NCBI RefSeq assembly: GCF_009914755.1
Contig: NC_060926.1
Source of the DNA: the human T2T-CHM13v2.0 reference genome, Homo sapiens
Reading direction: 5' to 3' (one strand)
DNA: 64,000 nucleotides
Shown: positions 1 to 12,099 of the stretch, piece by piece
How positions within the stretch are numbered: position 1 is the first letter of the stretch
How the letters are laid out: each line of letters starts with the position of its first letter
Translations under genes and position numbers: made by a program
The notes under the pieces: generated by a model
Told to the model about the DNA's origin: nothing
Seen by the model: the letters and a program-made list of their open reading frames with translations, nothing else
Database searches by the model: none

Positions 1-1087
1 CATAGAAAATCTATGAACAAATGATAGCACGATGTTTTTTAATGCTGAAATCACCAAAGAACATATAGCTTTTGTTTGAAGAAAATATGCATTGACATTA
101 GCATGGTGCCTGCCTATTGGTGGGGATTGAATACATGGGACTTACAGCACAAGAGTTTGTGGTGATTATGGTAATGAGGGTAACGGGTAAAGTTGAAATT
201 AAGTTTATCCTTGAAGTAATCTATTTGCAGGAGAATAAGTTTTGTTCTCTCCCAGAAAATCAGGTGTTGGGGCAATAAAAGGATAAGGAGACTGAAACTG
301 ACCTTTAGTTTCCAGTTATATTTTGGTTTAATTTTACATGTTTCTCATTTGTGTGTCTGTATGTTCTTGATGAAAGAAAACATTAAGTCAGTGTAGTTTT
401 AGAACACCTTAAGTTATTGTTATAACTACACAGTAATATATAGATATTTAAGACCAAAAGCAAAATTTCATGAAGTATTCCATTAAATTTGTTAATGTCC
501 CCTATGTGGAAAGACATAAATAGAGTTTTAGTAGTTATGTTTAACTATATTGACTCCCTTGAGAATCCATCCACAATGGTCACCCCAATCTGTTCCCAAA
601 TCATTAAGCCAGTTATGCAAACATCAAGATTGTGTATAATTTGCAGATCCAAGAAGAGGATACTTTTTTTCTCTCTTCTTCTTTTTTTCCTTATTCCTCA
701 GCCATCCTTCCTTCTATCTCCTCTATATTTTCTTTTGCATTGTCCTATTTTCCTCCATTTTACAATGTATGTGACTCTCCCTCTTCCTCTGGCTTTATCA
801 TTGTACAGGTCATAGTAGCCATTCATCTACCCCCAAATGCCAGAGAAGGTGAAACATACCCAGAGTGTGTAACTAGGATCTCTGTGCAAGGGCCAGATTT
901 ACAAGGCATAGACAGAAGGCTCCCAGACACTCTCCTGCTACTGTCTATCTTCTTTTTGCTTGTTGTTCTTGGATTCCTGGATTTTCTTTTAAATTATTGG
1001 TATTACTATCTATAGTGTTAAAAATGCTATAGTATATAATACACGCTAGCCTAGTTTGTATAGTCATTATTTACAGTTATGGGTTTT

Positions 1088-1230
1088 TGAGTCACAGACC
1101 TGGATGAATTTCTGAGTTCTCCTATTTACTAACTATATGAACTTTGCCGAGTTACCTAAATTCTGTAAATAGCTTATAGAGTTAATTAAACTAAAAAATG
1201 ACATGTAACAATGGTATGTAGCCCATAGGC
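1088..1230 (+). mobile_element. MIR SINE remnant
   Basis: Degenerate MIR core (gagtcacagacctgg...tatttactaactatatgaacttt...gttacctaa). Confidence 0.55.
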
Positions 1231-1275
1231 TTATTTTCATGGTGCTAAGTGTTGAAAACTTTGTTAAGTGTAGTT

Positions 1276-2614
1276 CGTGGACCTAATAATAGAACCTTCC
1301 CTTCAAAGATGTCCATGTCCTAATCCCCAGAACCAGTGAATACCTTACCTCACATAGAAAAAAACACTTCTAAAAGAAGACATTTATGCAGCCAAAAAAC
1401 ACGTGAAAAAATGCTCACCATCACTGGCCATCAGAGAAATGCAAATCAAAACCACAATGAGATACCATCTCACACCAGTTAGAATGGCAATCATTAAAAA
1501 GTCAGGAAACAACAGGTGCTGGAGAGGATGTGGAGAAATAGGAACACTTTTACACTGTTGGTGGGACTGTAAACTAGTTCAACCATTGTGGAAGTCAGTG
1601 TGGAGATTCCTTAGGGATCTAGAACTAGAAATACCATTTGGCCCAGCCATCCCATTACTGGGTATATACCCAAAGGACTATAAATCACGCTGCTATAAAG
1701 ACACATGCACAAGTATGTTTATTGCGGCACTATTCACAATAGCAAAGACTTGGAACCAACCCGAATGTCCAACAATGATAGACTGGATTAAGAAAATGTG
1801 GCACATATACACCATGGAATACTATGCAGCCATAAAAAATGATGAGTTCATGTCCTTTATAGGGACATGGATGAAATTGGAAATCATCATTCTCAGTAAA
1901 CTATCGCAAGGACAAAAAACCAAACACCGCATGTTCTCACTCATAGGTGGGAATTGAACAACGAGAACACATGGACACAGGAAGGGGAACATCACACTCT
2001 GGGGACTGTTGTGGGGTGGGGGGAGGGGGAAGGGATAGCACTAGGAGATATACCTAATGCTAGATGACGAGTTAATGGGTGCAGCACACCAGCATGGCAC
2101 ATGTATACATATGTAACTAACCTGCATATTGTGCACATGTACCCTAAAACTTAAAGTATAATAATAATACAATAAAATAAAGAAAAAAAAAAAACAGAAA
2201 AAAAGACTTCTCCCACGTGATTCAGTTAAAAATCTTGAGATGAAGAGGTTATCCCAGATTATTCAAATTGACCCAATGTGATCACAAGGATCCTAATAAG
2301 AGCACTGTGTAAGGGCCAAAGCCATAAAGAGAAGAGAAGTGGCAAAGGGAGCAGAAGCTGGAGTGATACACTTTGTAATGGAGGAAGGGGTCACTAGCCA
2401 AGGAATGTGAATGGCTTATAGAACTGGAAAAGGCAAGGAAATAGAATGGTCTCTAGAGATTCCACAATGAATGAAGCTCCCTAAACCCATGATTTTAGCC
2501 CATAAGACCCATTTCAGACTTCTGTTCTCCAGAACAGTAAGATAATATATTTAAAGTGTTTTAAGCCACTGAGTCCACAGTAATTTGTTATGGTGGCAAC
2601 AGGGCACTAATACA
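1276..2614 (+). mobile_element. MLT1C/D-type MaLR solo LTR, split by an L1PA insertion (pieces ~1276-1371 and ~2196-2614)
   Basis: 5' part 'caaagatgtccatgtcctaatccccagaacc'; resumes after the L1 with 'gtgattcagttaaaaatcttgagatg'; ends 'gttttaagccact...taatttgttatgg...ctaataca'. Confidence 0.85.
1372..2195 (+). mobile_element. 5'-truncated L1PA (about L1PA3): ORF2 C-terminus, 3'UTR, poly(A)
   Basis: Frame 1403-1957 is the L1 ORF2p C-terminus ([18 protein letters not shown]...MFSLIGGN); G-rich 3'UTR; A-rich tail; TSD agaaaaaaa(c/g)acttct at 1356-1371 and 2196-2211. Confidence 0.97.
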
Positions 2615-3019
2615 ATTCAAACATTCAGGACTCTGGAAGAAAGACTATAAGTAGAATGGCTGTCATCATTCTCTCCTTTCCCTTTCTATTTGTTGTTCAC
2701 CATCTAAGCCTGGTTATTTATCTCCTTACCTACTTGCCTAAGGGAGAAATGGTGAGCAAAGGTGGAATAGACTGAGGGAGAACAAAAACAATATTTCATT
2801 TAGGTAGAGAATAGATTCTACAGTTGTCTTCATCTAAGAGAAGAGAAAAGAAATTAGAGACTTGAAATCAATAAATACATCATGAAAATAATGTTTATAA
2901 AAACAAAAGCAAGACATCCTTTGTTTTATTTTGTCATTACAAGATATCTAAACCTCACTCATTCCTCAACTCAACACAACCAGGGTTCTACCCGACCACT
3001 TCAACTGAAAAAATGTTCT

Positions 3020-5610
3020 TGCCAACATCTAATAAATGTCATTTCTAAATCTGAAATTATCTTCTTTCTCAACCCTAAAATGACATCAAACAAAATTGTA
3101 CAAGACAAACAAGAAATAAATAACCTTGTCTCTGTCCTGTATTCACAATTTTGGAAAATTTAATTACCCTCAAAGTATAAGCCTTAGTATTTTCATCAAC
3201 CATTTCCTCTCACCTCTCTTCAGGGTATTTTATCAGAGATATGTATCTTGAGTCTATTCCCCCCTCATTTTCCTCATCACTTCTTGCTTTAATATTTGCA
3301 TTAAATATTTCCCTGGGACTGGCAGATGGCAATCTCTGCTTCCCTCACTTTAGCGACACTGTTGTCACACTTATCCATCCAAAACACAAATTTGACTGTG
3401 TTTAAAAATGTGGATGATGAAAATGGTTGTTTAAACATGAGCAGCATAGGAAGAACAACCATGTGATAAGTAACAGGTGCTGGCAGTAAACCAGGTGGGG
3501 ATGGCAGAGCAGGGAAAGTTGAGGCACAGGGATGGTGTCAATGAATGAGTTGGATATGGGGGAGAGATTATTTAAGTGTATTTTGGACAAGAGAAGCAGG
3601 TTCTTCACTGTTTGAAAAGGGAGGTACATATAAGAGTGAAAACTAAAATGTATCCTAGAATGTTGAATTGATAGAGATATCAATATTAATTCATTATTTT
3701 TGATATAAACAAATAGATTTAGATGTATAGATATAGATATACACGTGTTTATGTCTATACATGTATTTCTATCCAGTGGCAAGACCTGGAAGAAGAGTCA
3801 CCCCAGTGTTAATGGGGTGACACTCCTAATATCTTATGTTAAGAGTGTCACCCTAATATATAGGGGTAACTCTCCTAGCACCTAGGTATTGACTTCTAAA
3901 TATGATGCTACTGGCCAGGGCTCCTTGGGGAAATGACTACATCGAGTGCTGAGGCAGAACAGGTGAAACATTAACTTGGAACATCTTACTGTGTCCCTAA
4001 GCAAAGCAGTGTCCCAAAGATGATTGTGACTTGTCAAATTCACAAGATAAAAACCCTTTTGAAAAGCCTGTTGCTGGTCAAATAGGGTGCAATTTGATTA
4101 TCAAAATAAATAATGATCATAATAGGTTATAATCCTTTGATTAAATTAGGAATTGATTAGGCCATCTGGATATAAACAGATAGACATTTCAATAAGGAGA
4201 TGTTTATATGGTATCCAAATATCTTCCAACAAAATACTTATTAAATTACATTGGGAAAAAGAGTTATTCTGCATTGAAGACATCTGGGAGAAACCACCTT
4301 AATCAGGTGATAAAAGACAACATCAGTATTATGGGAACAAATTGAAATTGGGTGCCACCTGATTGGATGCAACAAAAAGGACACTTGATCTCTTCTGCCA
4401 AAGTTGTACAACCTGGATCTAAACCTGAAGAAACATTAGACAAAGGCAAGTTGAGGACATTCTACAAAATAACTGGCCCAACATGTGTGATTGTGTCAAT
4501 TTCATGATAATCAAGGAAAGGGTGAGAAAATATTCCACACTGAACAAAACTGAAAAGCATGACAACTGAATGCAGCACACGTTTTTGGACTCGAGCCCTT
4601 TGTTAAAAGAAACATTTTGGGGACCACCGGCAAAACTTGAATGGGGCCTACCAATTAAATACTAATATCATATCAATGTTACTTTCCTGATGTTGACGAC
4701 AATATTATAGTTAGGCAGAAGAATGTCCTTATTTATAGTGAATATGCACTAAAATATTCGTTGGTAATGAGGCATCAAGTCAGCATCTTACCCTTAAAAG
4801 ATTCAGAGAAAAATAATGTTCCTTGCACTGTACTTGAAATTTTACTGTATGTTTGACATTGTTTCAAAGTAAAACCTTTTAAAAATGTTTGATGGCCTTT
4901 TAATGCCCATGGACATAATTTTGCTACATTAATATGCCATTCTCATTCTGTCCATGCCTACCACTTTCTTTATGAAATATTTTATTTATCTTTATTCATG
5001 TTGGCTCTTTGTGAACTTCTAAGATGAATATCTTTGTGTGAGGTCTCAACTTTTCCAGAGTCTTACAGGCAAAGTAACTTGATGAAATCTTAATATGCTT
5101 AGCTTAAAACAAAGTATAGTTGACAAAAAAGAAAAGTATTGAAAAATCTTTCCCTGGGACAGAAACATTTTGTAGTTGTCTACTGTTTCTTGAAACCATC
5201 AGACCGTCCTACATGCCCTGTGCACCAGTTTGATGAAACACCTACCCTTTCCCTAAACATGCAATGTCCCCTGGGACTTTATGTTTTCATTCCTGGTTTT
5301 CCACATACCTGATAGCCCTTGCTTGTTGCCTCCGTATTTTAATCCCCTAATAGAGAATGTCTGCCCATCTTTCAAGATCATCAATCTCTCCAAGCCATAG
5401 AAAGTTCTTTTTGAATACTCCCATCCTGCTTTGTATATAACTGTATTATAACCCTATTATGTACTAAATTATGTGTTTATCAATTTGTCTTCCTGCACCA
5501 GAATATATGTCCTGGGAGATAAACTCATAACCATCCTGGTAATCCCCAATGATACTACAGTGCCTATCACATTGTAAACACTTACTGATAGACATTGACT
5601 GAACGAACGA
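3020..5610 (+). mobile_element. L2 LINE 3' region in fragments, interrupted by L1MC
   Basis: 'ccaaaacacaaatttgactgtg' before the L1 and 'gatggccttttaatgccc' after it; L2-type end 'acagtgcctatcacattgtaaacacttactgatagacattgactgaacgaacga'. Confidence 0.6.
3412..4880 (+). mobile_element. Old L1 3'UTR (L1MC3/MC4-like)
   Basis: Typical motifs 'accaccttaatcaggtgataaaag', 'gacattctacaaaataactggcc', 'tatcaatgttactttcctgat'; end 'tgtttcaaagtaaaa'; flanked by tttaaaaatgt on both sides. Confidence 0.85.
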
Positions 5611-6276
5611 GGTAAATCTTAAGAGAATTAATAAATCAAAAAAAAAAAAAAAGAATGAGCAGAAGTTGAATTCTAGTGAAAAACTATTAACCAATTTTGT
5701 TCTTTTTTTTTTGTTAAATGTGGGACCATGTGGTATTCCTGTGGTTTATGAAAGACTATCAATGTTGGATTTTTGTATGTTTTTGCTATGGTATCAGTGA
5801 TTTGTTGTTTGTACAAAATGTCACATATTTAAATATTGTTATTTTGTTAGTATGTGAACGAAAATAATATGTAGTGGGAAGTTGGAAAGAATGAGAAAGG
5901 GGAGGCTGAAATATAAAGTGCTCATAAAATTTGAGGAAATACAAAATCAAACCAAGATGTTCACCCATCTCTATTTATAGTAGCAGTTAATATTCAATGA
6001 CCTTTGTAACACTGGGAAGCCAAACATTCATAGTGTTGGCCTTTTGATAATTTGGGGTGAGAGGCAGGAAACTCACTAAAGATGTATGAGTTTATGCTAC
6101 TCATGGTATCTCAAAAAATTACAAAGGATTTGCTTAGTAAAAACTTATTTGTATATACAATTGCATAATCGTTATAAAAATATGCTCAGTGTTTTTGGAA
6201 AATTTTATAACTGTCTCAAGAACACCAGGAAGACAGAATTTTATTTGTTCTTAGCTTAAGTCAAACATTTTGGCTA

Positions 6277-6716
6277 TTCTAAGTGAAATAAGGCAGGCAC
6301 AAAAAGACAAATACTGTATGATGTCACTTATATATGGAGTCTAAAAAAGCTGATCTCATAGAAACAGGGAGTAGAAATGTGGCTACCAGAGGCTGGGAAG
6401 GAAGAGGTGAGGTGGGGTGGGGAAAAGGAAAATGTTGACCAAAGGGTAAAAAGTTTCAGTTAGACTGGAGGACTAATTTTTAGTGAACAATTGCACTGCA
6501 TGGTGACCACAATTAATAGTAATGTACTGTACTTTTCAAAATTACTAAAAGAATATATTATTAATGTTCTCGCCACAAAACAATGATAAGTTTGTGAAGT
6601 GATGAAGATGTTAATTGGCTTCATTGAATCTTTCTACGATGTATACATAGGTCAAAATATCACATTGTACCCCATAAAATACACAACTGTTATTTGTCAA
6701 GTAAAAATTTTAAAAA
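6277..6716 (+). mobile_element. L1MA7/8-like 3' end
   Basis: 'ctaagtgaaataaggcaggcacaaaaagacaaatac...gtttcagttagac...tcacattgtaccccataaa...tttgtcaagtaaaaa'. Confidence 0.9.
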
Positions 6717-7338
6717 CTTGAGAAAAATTTGGACAATGCTTTTGTTTAAAGTATATTTCTAACAGATAAAACTCCTACTTTTAAATATAAAATACTTTTT
6801 AAGCTCCTTTTGTAAAGGATTGAGTCTTTCTCATCTTTCTATATCTCTTTCTAACTCAAACACTGAACTGTGTAATTTCTAGGTTTTCATTCCAGAGTGA
6901 CTAAATGAAAGTAAAACGACTTTTTTTTTTGAAAACAGCACAACACTTAGCCAACAATATTTATGTGACTTGAACTATTTCTTTGAGTTTTACAGCATCC
7001 CATTATTCCAGTATTTTTATCCTATAGGCATTAAAATACTAAAAAAGGTAAACATATGTTGATGCATACATAGGATATATTGTTTATATAAAATTTCAAA
7101 ATGTATGTGTGAAGACAATGATTTTAGGGTTCCCTTTCTCTCTAATCTGAACCAGGATTACTATCTGAATAGTGAATTACTATTATTATTATTTGCATTA
7201 GAAAAATGATATGTTCCTAATCTTTTGAAGTGAGATTATTCAAGTTTAAATGTCTCCCTAAACCACACAGTGATGTTGAAAATGGAAGCTTTATACACAT
7301 GTAGACTTTTCCAATAAAGCTTTGAAAAATCTTTAATA

Positions 7339-7637
7339 GGATGGGTGCAATGGCTCAAGCTTGTAATCCCAGCACTTTGGGAGGCCGAGGCAGGCAGAGC
7401 ACGAGGCCAGGAGATCGAGATCATCCTAGCCAACACGGTGAAACCCCGTCTCTACTAAAAATAAAATTAGACGGGTGTGGTGGAGTGCGTCTGTTGTCCC
7501 AGCTATTCGGGAGGCTGAGGCAGGAGAATCGCTTGAACCCAGGAAATGGAGGTTGCATGCAGTGAGCCAACATCGCGCCACTGCACTCCAGCCTGACAAC
7601 AGAGCGAGACTCCATCTCAAAAAAAAAGAAAAGAAAA
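7339..7637 (+). mobile_element. Alu (AluSc-like), full length
   Basis: Dimeric Alu with A tail; TSD gaaa(a/t)atctttaata at 7324-7338 and 7638-7652. Confidence 0.96.
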
Positions 7638-7854
7638 GAAATATCTTTAATAAACATTCTCTTATTAACCCCTTTACAAGGGGTTGGTATGAATGTGGAG
7701 ATGGTAAACTAATAAATCTATCAAAATAAAGAGAAAATCTATTTTATAAGAAAGCAATCTCCTGATGCGTCTTTTATTTGAAATTCATACTAATTAAATG
7801 TCAACTTTATGAATGTTATTAAATGGTGGAGAGTTATAAGAGTTTGAAATAGTG

Positions 7855-7946
7855 GGTCGAATCTCAGTTACTCCATAATTTTTCTGTTTTGTAGGGAATA
7901 TTCGTATCCAACCTGACCTCCTCATAGGGTTGTTATGAAGATCAAA
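7855..7946 (+). mobile_element. MIR remnant
   Basis: 'ctcatagggttgttatgaagatcaaa' MIR core motif. Confidence 0.45.
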
Positions 7947-8369
7947 CACATACAAACATTCTCTGTAAATTCTCACTTTAAAATATCAACAGAAACCAGT
8001 TCAGAAAAATAGAGAAATATTCTATATAAGCTACCAGTCAATGCTTAGCAGGAATTCGGAGGATTTGTGCTTATGTTTTGGCAATCCAAAGGTTTCCTTG
8101 TATCCACCTTTGCTTTTTAAAATTATTCTTCCCATCTTAGTGGAGCGGCTTGATACCCCACCTAAAAAGCCCTTTAAGAGCTTTCCATCTTTCTTTGCAC
8201 TTAATAACAGTATATTGAAGAAGAAAGGGCTCCCAGGACACAGCTGGCCTCCCCTGGGGGGAGCTGGCAACCTGGGGTTGCCTTCCACTCTGCTCGCCCT
8301 CACTGTACCCTAATCCCACCCCATTCGTCTTCCTCCCGTCCTCGGAGGCTTTCCCACTGCACTACCTTT

Positions 8370-8755
8370 ACCTGTGCGATGCTGCATTTCTCCCCTGCCT
8401 AAAGTGCTCTTCCTGTAACTTCCTTGCCACTCAAATGTAATAAACACATCCTTCCCTACATTCTTTCTCACCTTCAGGATCCCATTACTTCATTCCATTA
8501 TCCTTCACTGAGTCTGACACCAGGTGTCAACCTATTCGCCTTTATAAGATCTCGTAGCCTGATTCTATTTGGCCCAGTGTAACACTTTTAAAAGCGCAAT
8601 TCTATTTCTGGTTGTATAATTATTTCATTCACATATATCTTCCCCTCTAAATTGTAACCTCCACGTGAACAATGACTTTGTTGTTCATCGGTACATCTCC
8701 AGTTACAAGTGCCATTACCTGACACTAAATAAGTATTAGTTGAACAAATAAATTT
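8370..8755 (+). mobile_element. L2 3' end
   Basis: 'tcttcccctctaaattgtaacctccacgtgaaca...cctgacactaaataagtattagttgaacaaataaat'. Confidence 0.65.
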
Positions 8756-9459
8756 GAGACAAAAGTGGGATACCAAAGTGCATAACACATTTAATCATGT
8801 TTCCTGATAAACTCTCAAGCTAAAGTTGAGGACCTATTGTTTACTTCTGAAAAGGCTCAATCTACTACCAAAAAGGATAAAGTGGCCACTCTCTATATTG
8901 CTTTGGGTTAGACAACTTTGAATTAAGGTGTGACAAGAGATGATCTAGCTAATTCATTAATTTTCCCAAATGTATGCTTTTATGATACCTGGAACATTTC
9001 CTCTCTGATATTATTTAAAAAAGTGATAGAAAAATTTCACAGTGCAATTTTATTGCGCAGATGGAGAAAGTGAGGAAGAATGAGTTAATTAAAATATTTT
9101 ACCCTTAAAAATGAATCCAATATAGTGGTATTTACAATCAGCTTCTGTTGATAAATGATAATAGAAAGAAATAATGTAGTTTACCTGAATCTGTACATAA
9201 TACAAATTACTTTTTCTTGTTTGAAATTTAGGATAATTGTTTCAAAATTTTAGAAAATCCTATTTTGTTTTGCTAAAGAAAATATTAAAATCCGTTTGTT
9301 TCTTGTTTGTACATCAATTACTAATAGTCTACTACTATGAGAAGGCATATTGGATGTTAAAGAAATCCTACAATGAAAAATCCACTGAAATAACTGTCAT
9401 ATATAATGCCTTACAGAAATACAAAATTCTTCTTGTATCAGAAAAGAACAATAGAGTAT

Positions 9460-9560
9460 AGTCTGGATTCTGAGCTTTAGGCAGATCACCCAGTTCCCTG
9501 AGCCACTGTTTCCTCATCTTTATTCCAGGATTGTATGAGCCATTGGGTTGAGGTAATAAA
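9460..9560 (+). mobile_element. MIR remnant
   Basis: 'ctttaggcagatcacccagttccctgagccactgtttcctcatct'. Confidence 0.55.
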
Positions 9561-10649
9561 AACCCACCAAACCAGAATAAAATAAGGCAAAATGACTATT
9601 CTACTGCATGTGTTAGAAAGGAAATTATCATCACTCAGATTTCTCATTGATTTTACATAAAAAGAAGAAAAAGTCTATTGTGACAGATCATGTACATCTT
9701 TCCATATCTGATTTATTTTATTTCCCCCAAGCTTCAACTCCACACATTCACTCAGATCTAATGCAATCCCCAAGGAACTACCTTATTTCAGTCTCTACTG
9801 AGATCAGATCAGCCCCTGCAGGACCCCTTTCAGTGAAACAGAAGATAAGTGTACTTGATTTTCCCCTAGTTAGCTGCATATAGACAATTGAAGATTTAGT
9901 ATTAGGATTCTGATTAACTTGGAGACAAAAAATTTTACCTTATTTGTATATTTGCATATTGTTGAAAAAACACTTGATTCTATCAATTTATTGGTAATCA
10001 ACACCAATACCATTTTTTAATTTAAAAACTTTTAAATATTCTTTAAGAAAAATCACTCTATACATTTTAAACAACAATGATAAGAATGATACCCATGTGG
10101 GTAAGAGTGAGTTTCTCTTCATTTCCTTAAACATTAACTTAAACTAATTCTCAAAAAAGCCTGTCCTTTAAAAAGAGAGAAACTAAGCTGTTCAGAATAG
10201 GTAAGTCATACGTGCATTTACATCTTCCCTTTACCAAAGAATTCAATGAATAGTGTGGAATGGTAAATCCTAACAATTATAGGTAAGACTTGGTCCACAT
10301 TAGTCATTCCTCATAATACATTAAGAAACTTCAGTACATTTAGCCATGATTTATATCCAGAATTGAACCTTAATATTTCTTTGATTATAAACTAGATCAA
10401 TGCACTTCTCAATAGCAAAGTTTATTTGTATGTTACATTGGATGTAGCAAAATTCTTTAACTTATATTTTAACCATTTAAAACTCAAACCCATAGTATTA
10501 ATATTTTTATAGAAAAACAAGAAGGCATATGCTTTTGATTTCAGTATTATGCTCAATACAGTTTCTTTCAGATAAGTTCCTGAACACATTTGGGGTTATT
10601 TGGGGTTAGAAGCTGTTGTAAGGGGATGAGGGTAAGCTGATGTATTTTT

Positions 10650-11400
10650 AAGGTGCAGTGGTGTGGCAAAGGGCTTCACAACTAGGTTTATTTGTGACAC
10701 CATTGTTTCTGACATCTGGGTGAGACGTCATTAGTGTTGTCGGCGCTGTTGTTGCCGTGGCTGCTGCTGTTTTTGCTGGTATTCCTATAGACGGGCCACT
10801 GTGCTGACCATGCACTGAGTCCTATGGAAGGAAGTCCAGGATTATTTTGGGACAGCCCTTCAAGGTGCAAATGGAGTGGCCCCTCATCTTCCTTGTTCTA
10901 GCTACATGGACTTTCAATTCCATCCTGGTAGCGGCGGCCAGAGGAGGCGGGGGGAATGCCCTACTACATGTTGTTTATGATTTTGTTGCATTAGTTGGTT
11001 TCTTTTATTAAACCAGATACAAGTTGTGACATGCTGTTAATTCAATCATTAATAACTAGCTCAAATTGCAATTCTATGTCAGCAGGTTGGTGTTGATTAA
11101 GATGTAGCCGTCGCTAGCATATTGTTTTAAATGCTTGATAAATTTTATTTTCTGCAATGATGACTGGGTTGGCTTATTTTTTTTCCCCCTTTTCTCTCTA
11201 AGCCAAAAGAATTACACAAATGTCCCTCTGTGGGTCCTCTGAAGATCTCGGCATTCCCTGTGCTGCAAGGCGGGCTGGTAACCACTAGAGGGGAGGAGAC
11301 AGCCGGATTTATTGAAGGCCTCACCACAGAAACTGATGGTGGGGAAGCTGTCAGAGGACGAGATGCCAAGCAAAAGGGTTTAAGTATATTATAAAGGTCC
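10650..11400. promoter_or_regulatory. Candidate cis-regulatory element (CpG-retaining, motif-dense)
   Basis: Unique sequence with locally raised GC/CpG; SOX-like CCATTGTT (10700), CRE-like AGACGTCA (10723), RFX-like GTTGCCGTGGCTGC (10751), GC-box GAGGCGGGG (10944), CTCF-like site (11282). Confidence 0.55.
11264..11295 (+). promoter_or_regulatory. Candidate CTCF site with upstream motif
   Basis: Core CCACTAGAGGGGAG (11282-11295) with TGCAAG starting 18 nt upstream. Confidence 0.5.
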
Positions 11401-12099
11401 CCAAAAATGGAAAAAAAAATAGGCTTCTTAAAGTATGCAAGAAATTTGCTTCTAATAAATTTGAAATGACTGGGAAGGTAGTTAGAATGCTAGAATGTGG
11501 TTACCTGTTAACCCGTAGTCTTAAGCATTAGCAAGATGATCTATGAAATCAGAGTTAACCCTTATGAAAATAAATGGCTCTCTCCTTAGGCCTATAGCTA
11601 ATGCACATACAAGTTAGGAAAAGTAGCTATAGGGGAAGGATGAGGGAGGGAATCAAAGATGATTTGGCTGTTCAGGGTAAAGTGGAAACTCAGCGTATAG
11701 CTCATTTTCTAAAGTATTCTAACACCTGCCCCCTCTTCCCATCACTTTAAATCCCTTCACTCCATTGCTAAAAGGGGAATAGAGAAAGAGACATCACAGA
11801 TAGTAAAATATTGATATAGTAAACAAAGAGAGAGGGGGCAGAGGAGAGAAACTTTATTTAACCTTCCTGATCATTCCAAAGTACAATATCCTAATGCGGG
11901 TAACTTAAATAAAAAATAGTCATCCAGGATTTATGAGGTAGCATATATACCATGTGAGCATTATTTTTGTTGATTTTTAAAATCCAACTTGACCTTTTTA
12001 ATCTTTCATTTAAAAAAATAAAATATACTTAATATTAGTATTGTTAAAGCACTATAATGTAGAACTAGAGGTTGTTCTATGTACTCTCCTGAGTGTAAT

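Noticed and set aside
489-1015. Overlapping 108- and 127-aa ORFs
   Set aside because: TTG starts and F/L/S-rich composition from a pyrimidine-rich tract; no recognisable homology
1403-1957. 184-aa ORF
   Set aside because: C-terminal fragment of L1 ORF2p in a 5'-truncated, promoterless copy; the start codon is GTG; not a gene
4960-5240. Possible hAT-Charlie fragment (similar hints at ~33730-34020 and ~49490-49620)
   Set aside because: Only vague terminal similarity; cannot assign a family by eye
7236-7729. Cluster of ORFs on both strands
   Set aside because: Alu-derived frames; likewise at the other Alus
10588-10607. atttggggtt x2, telomere-like
   Set aside because: Only two 10-bp copies; not TTAGGG
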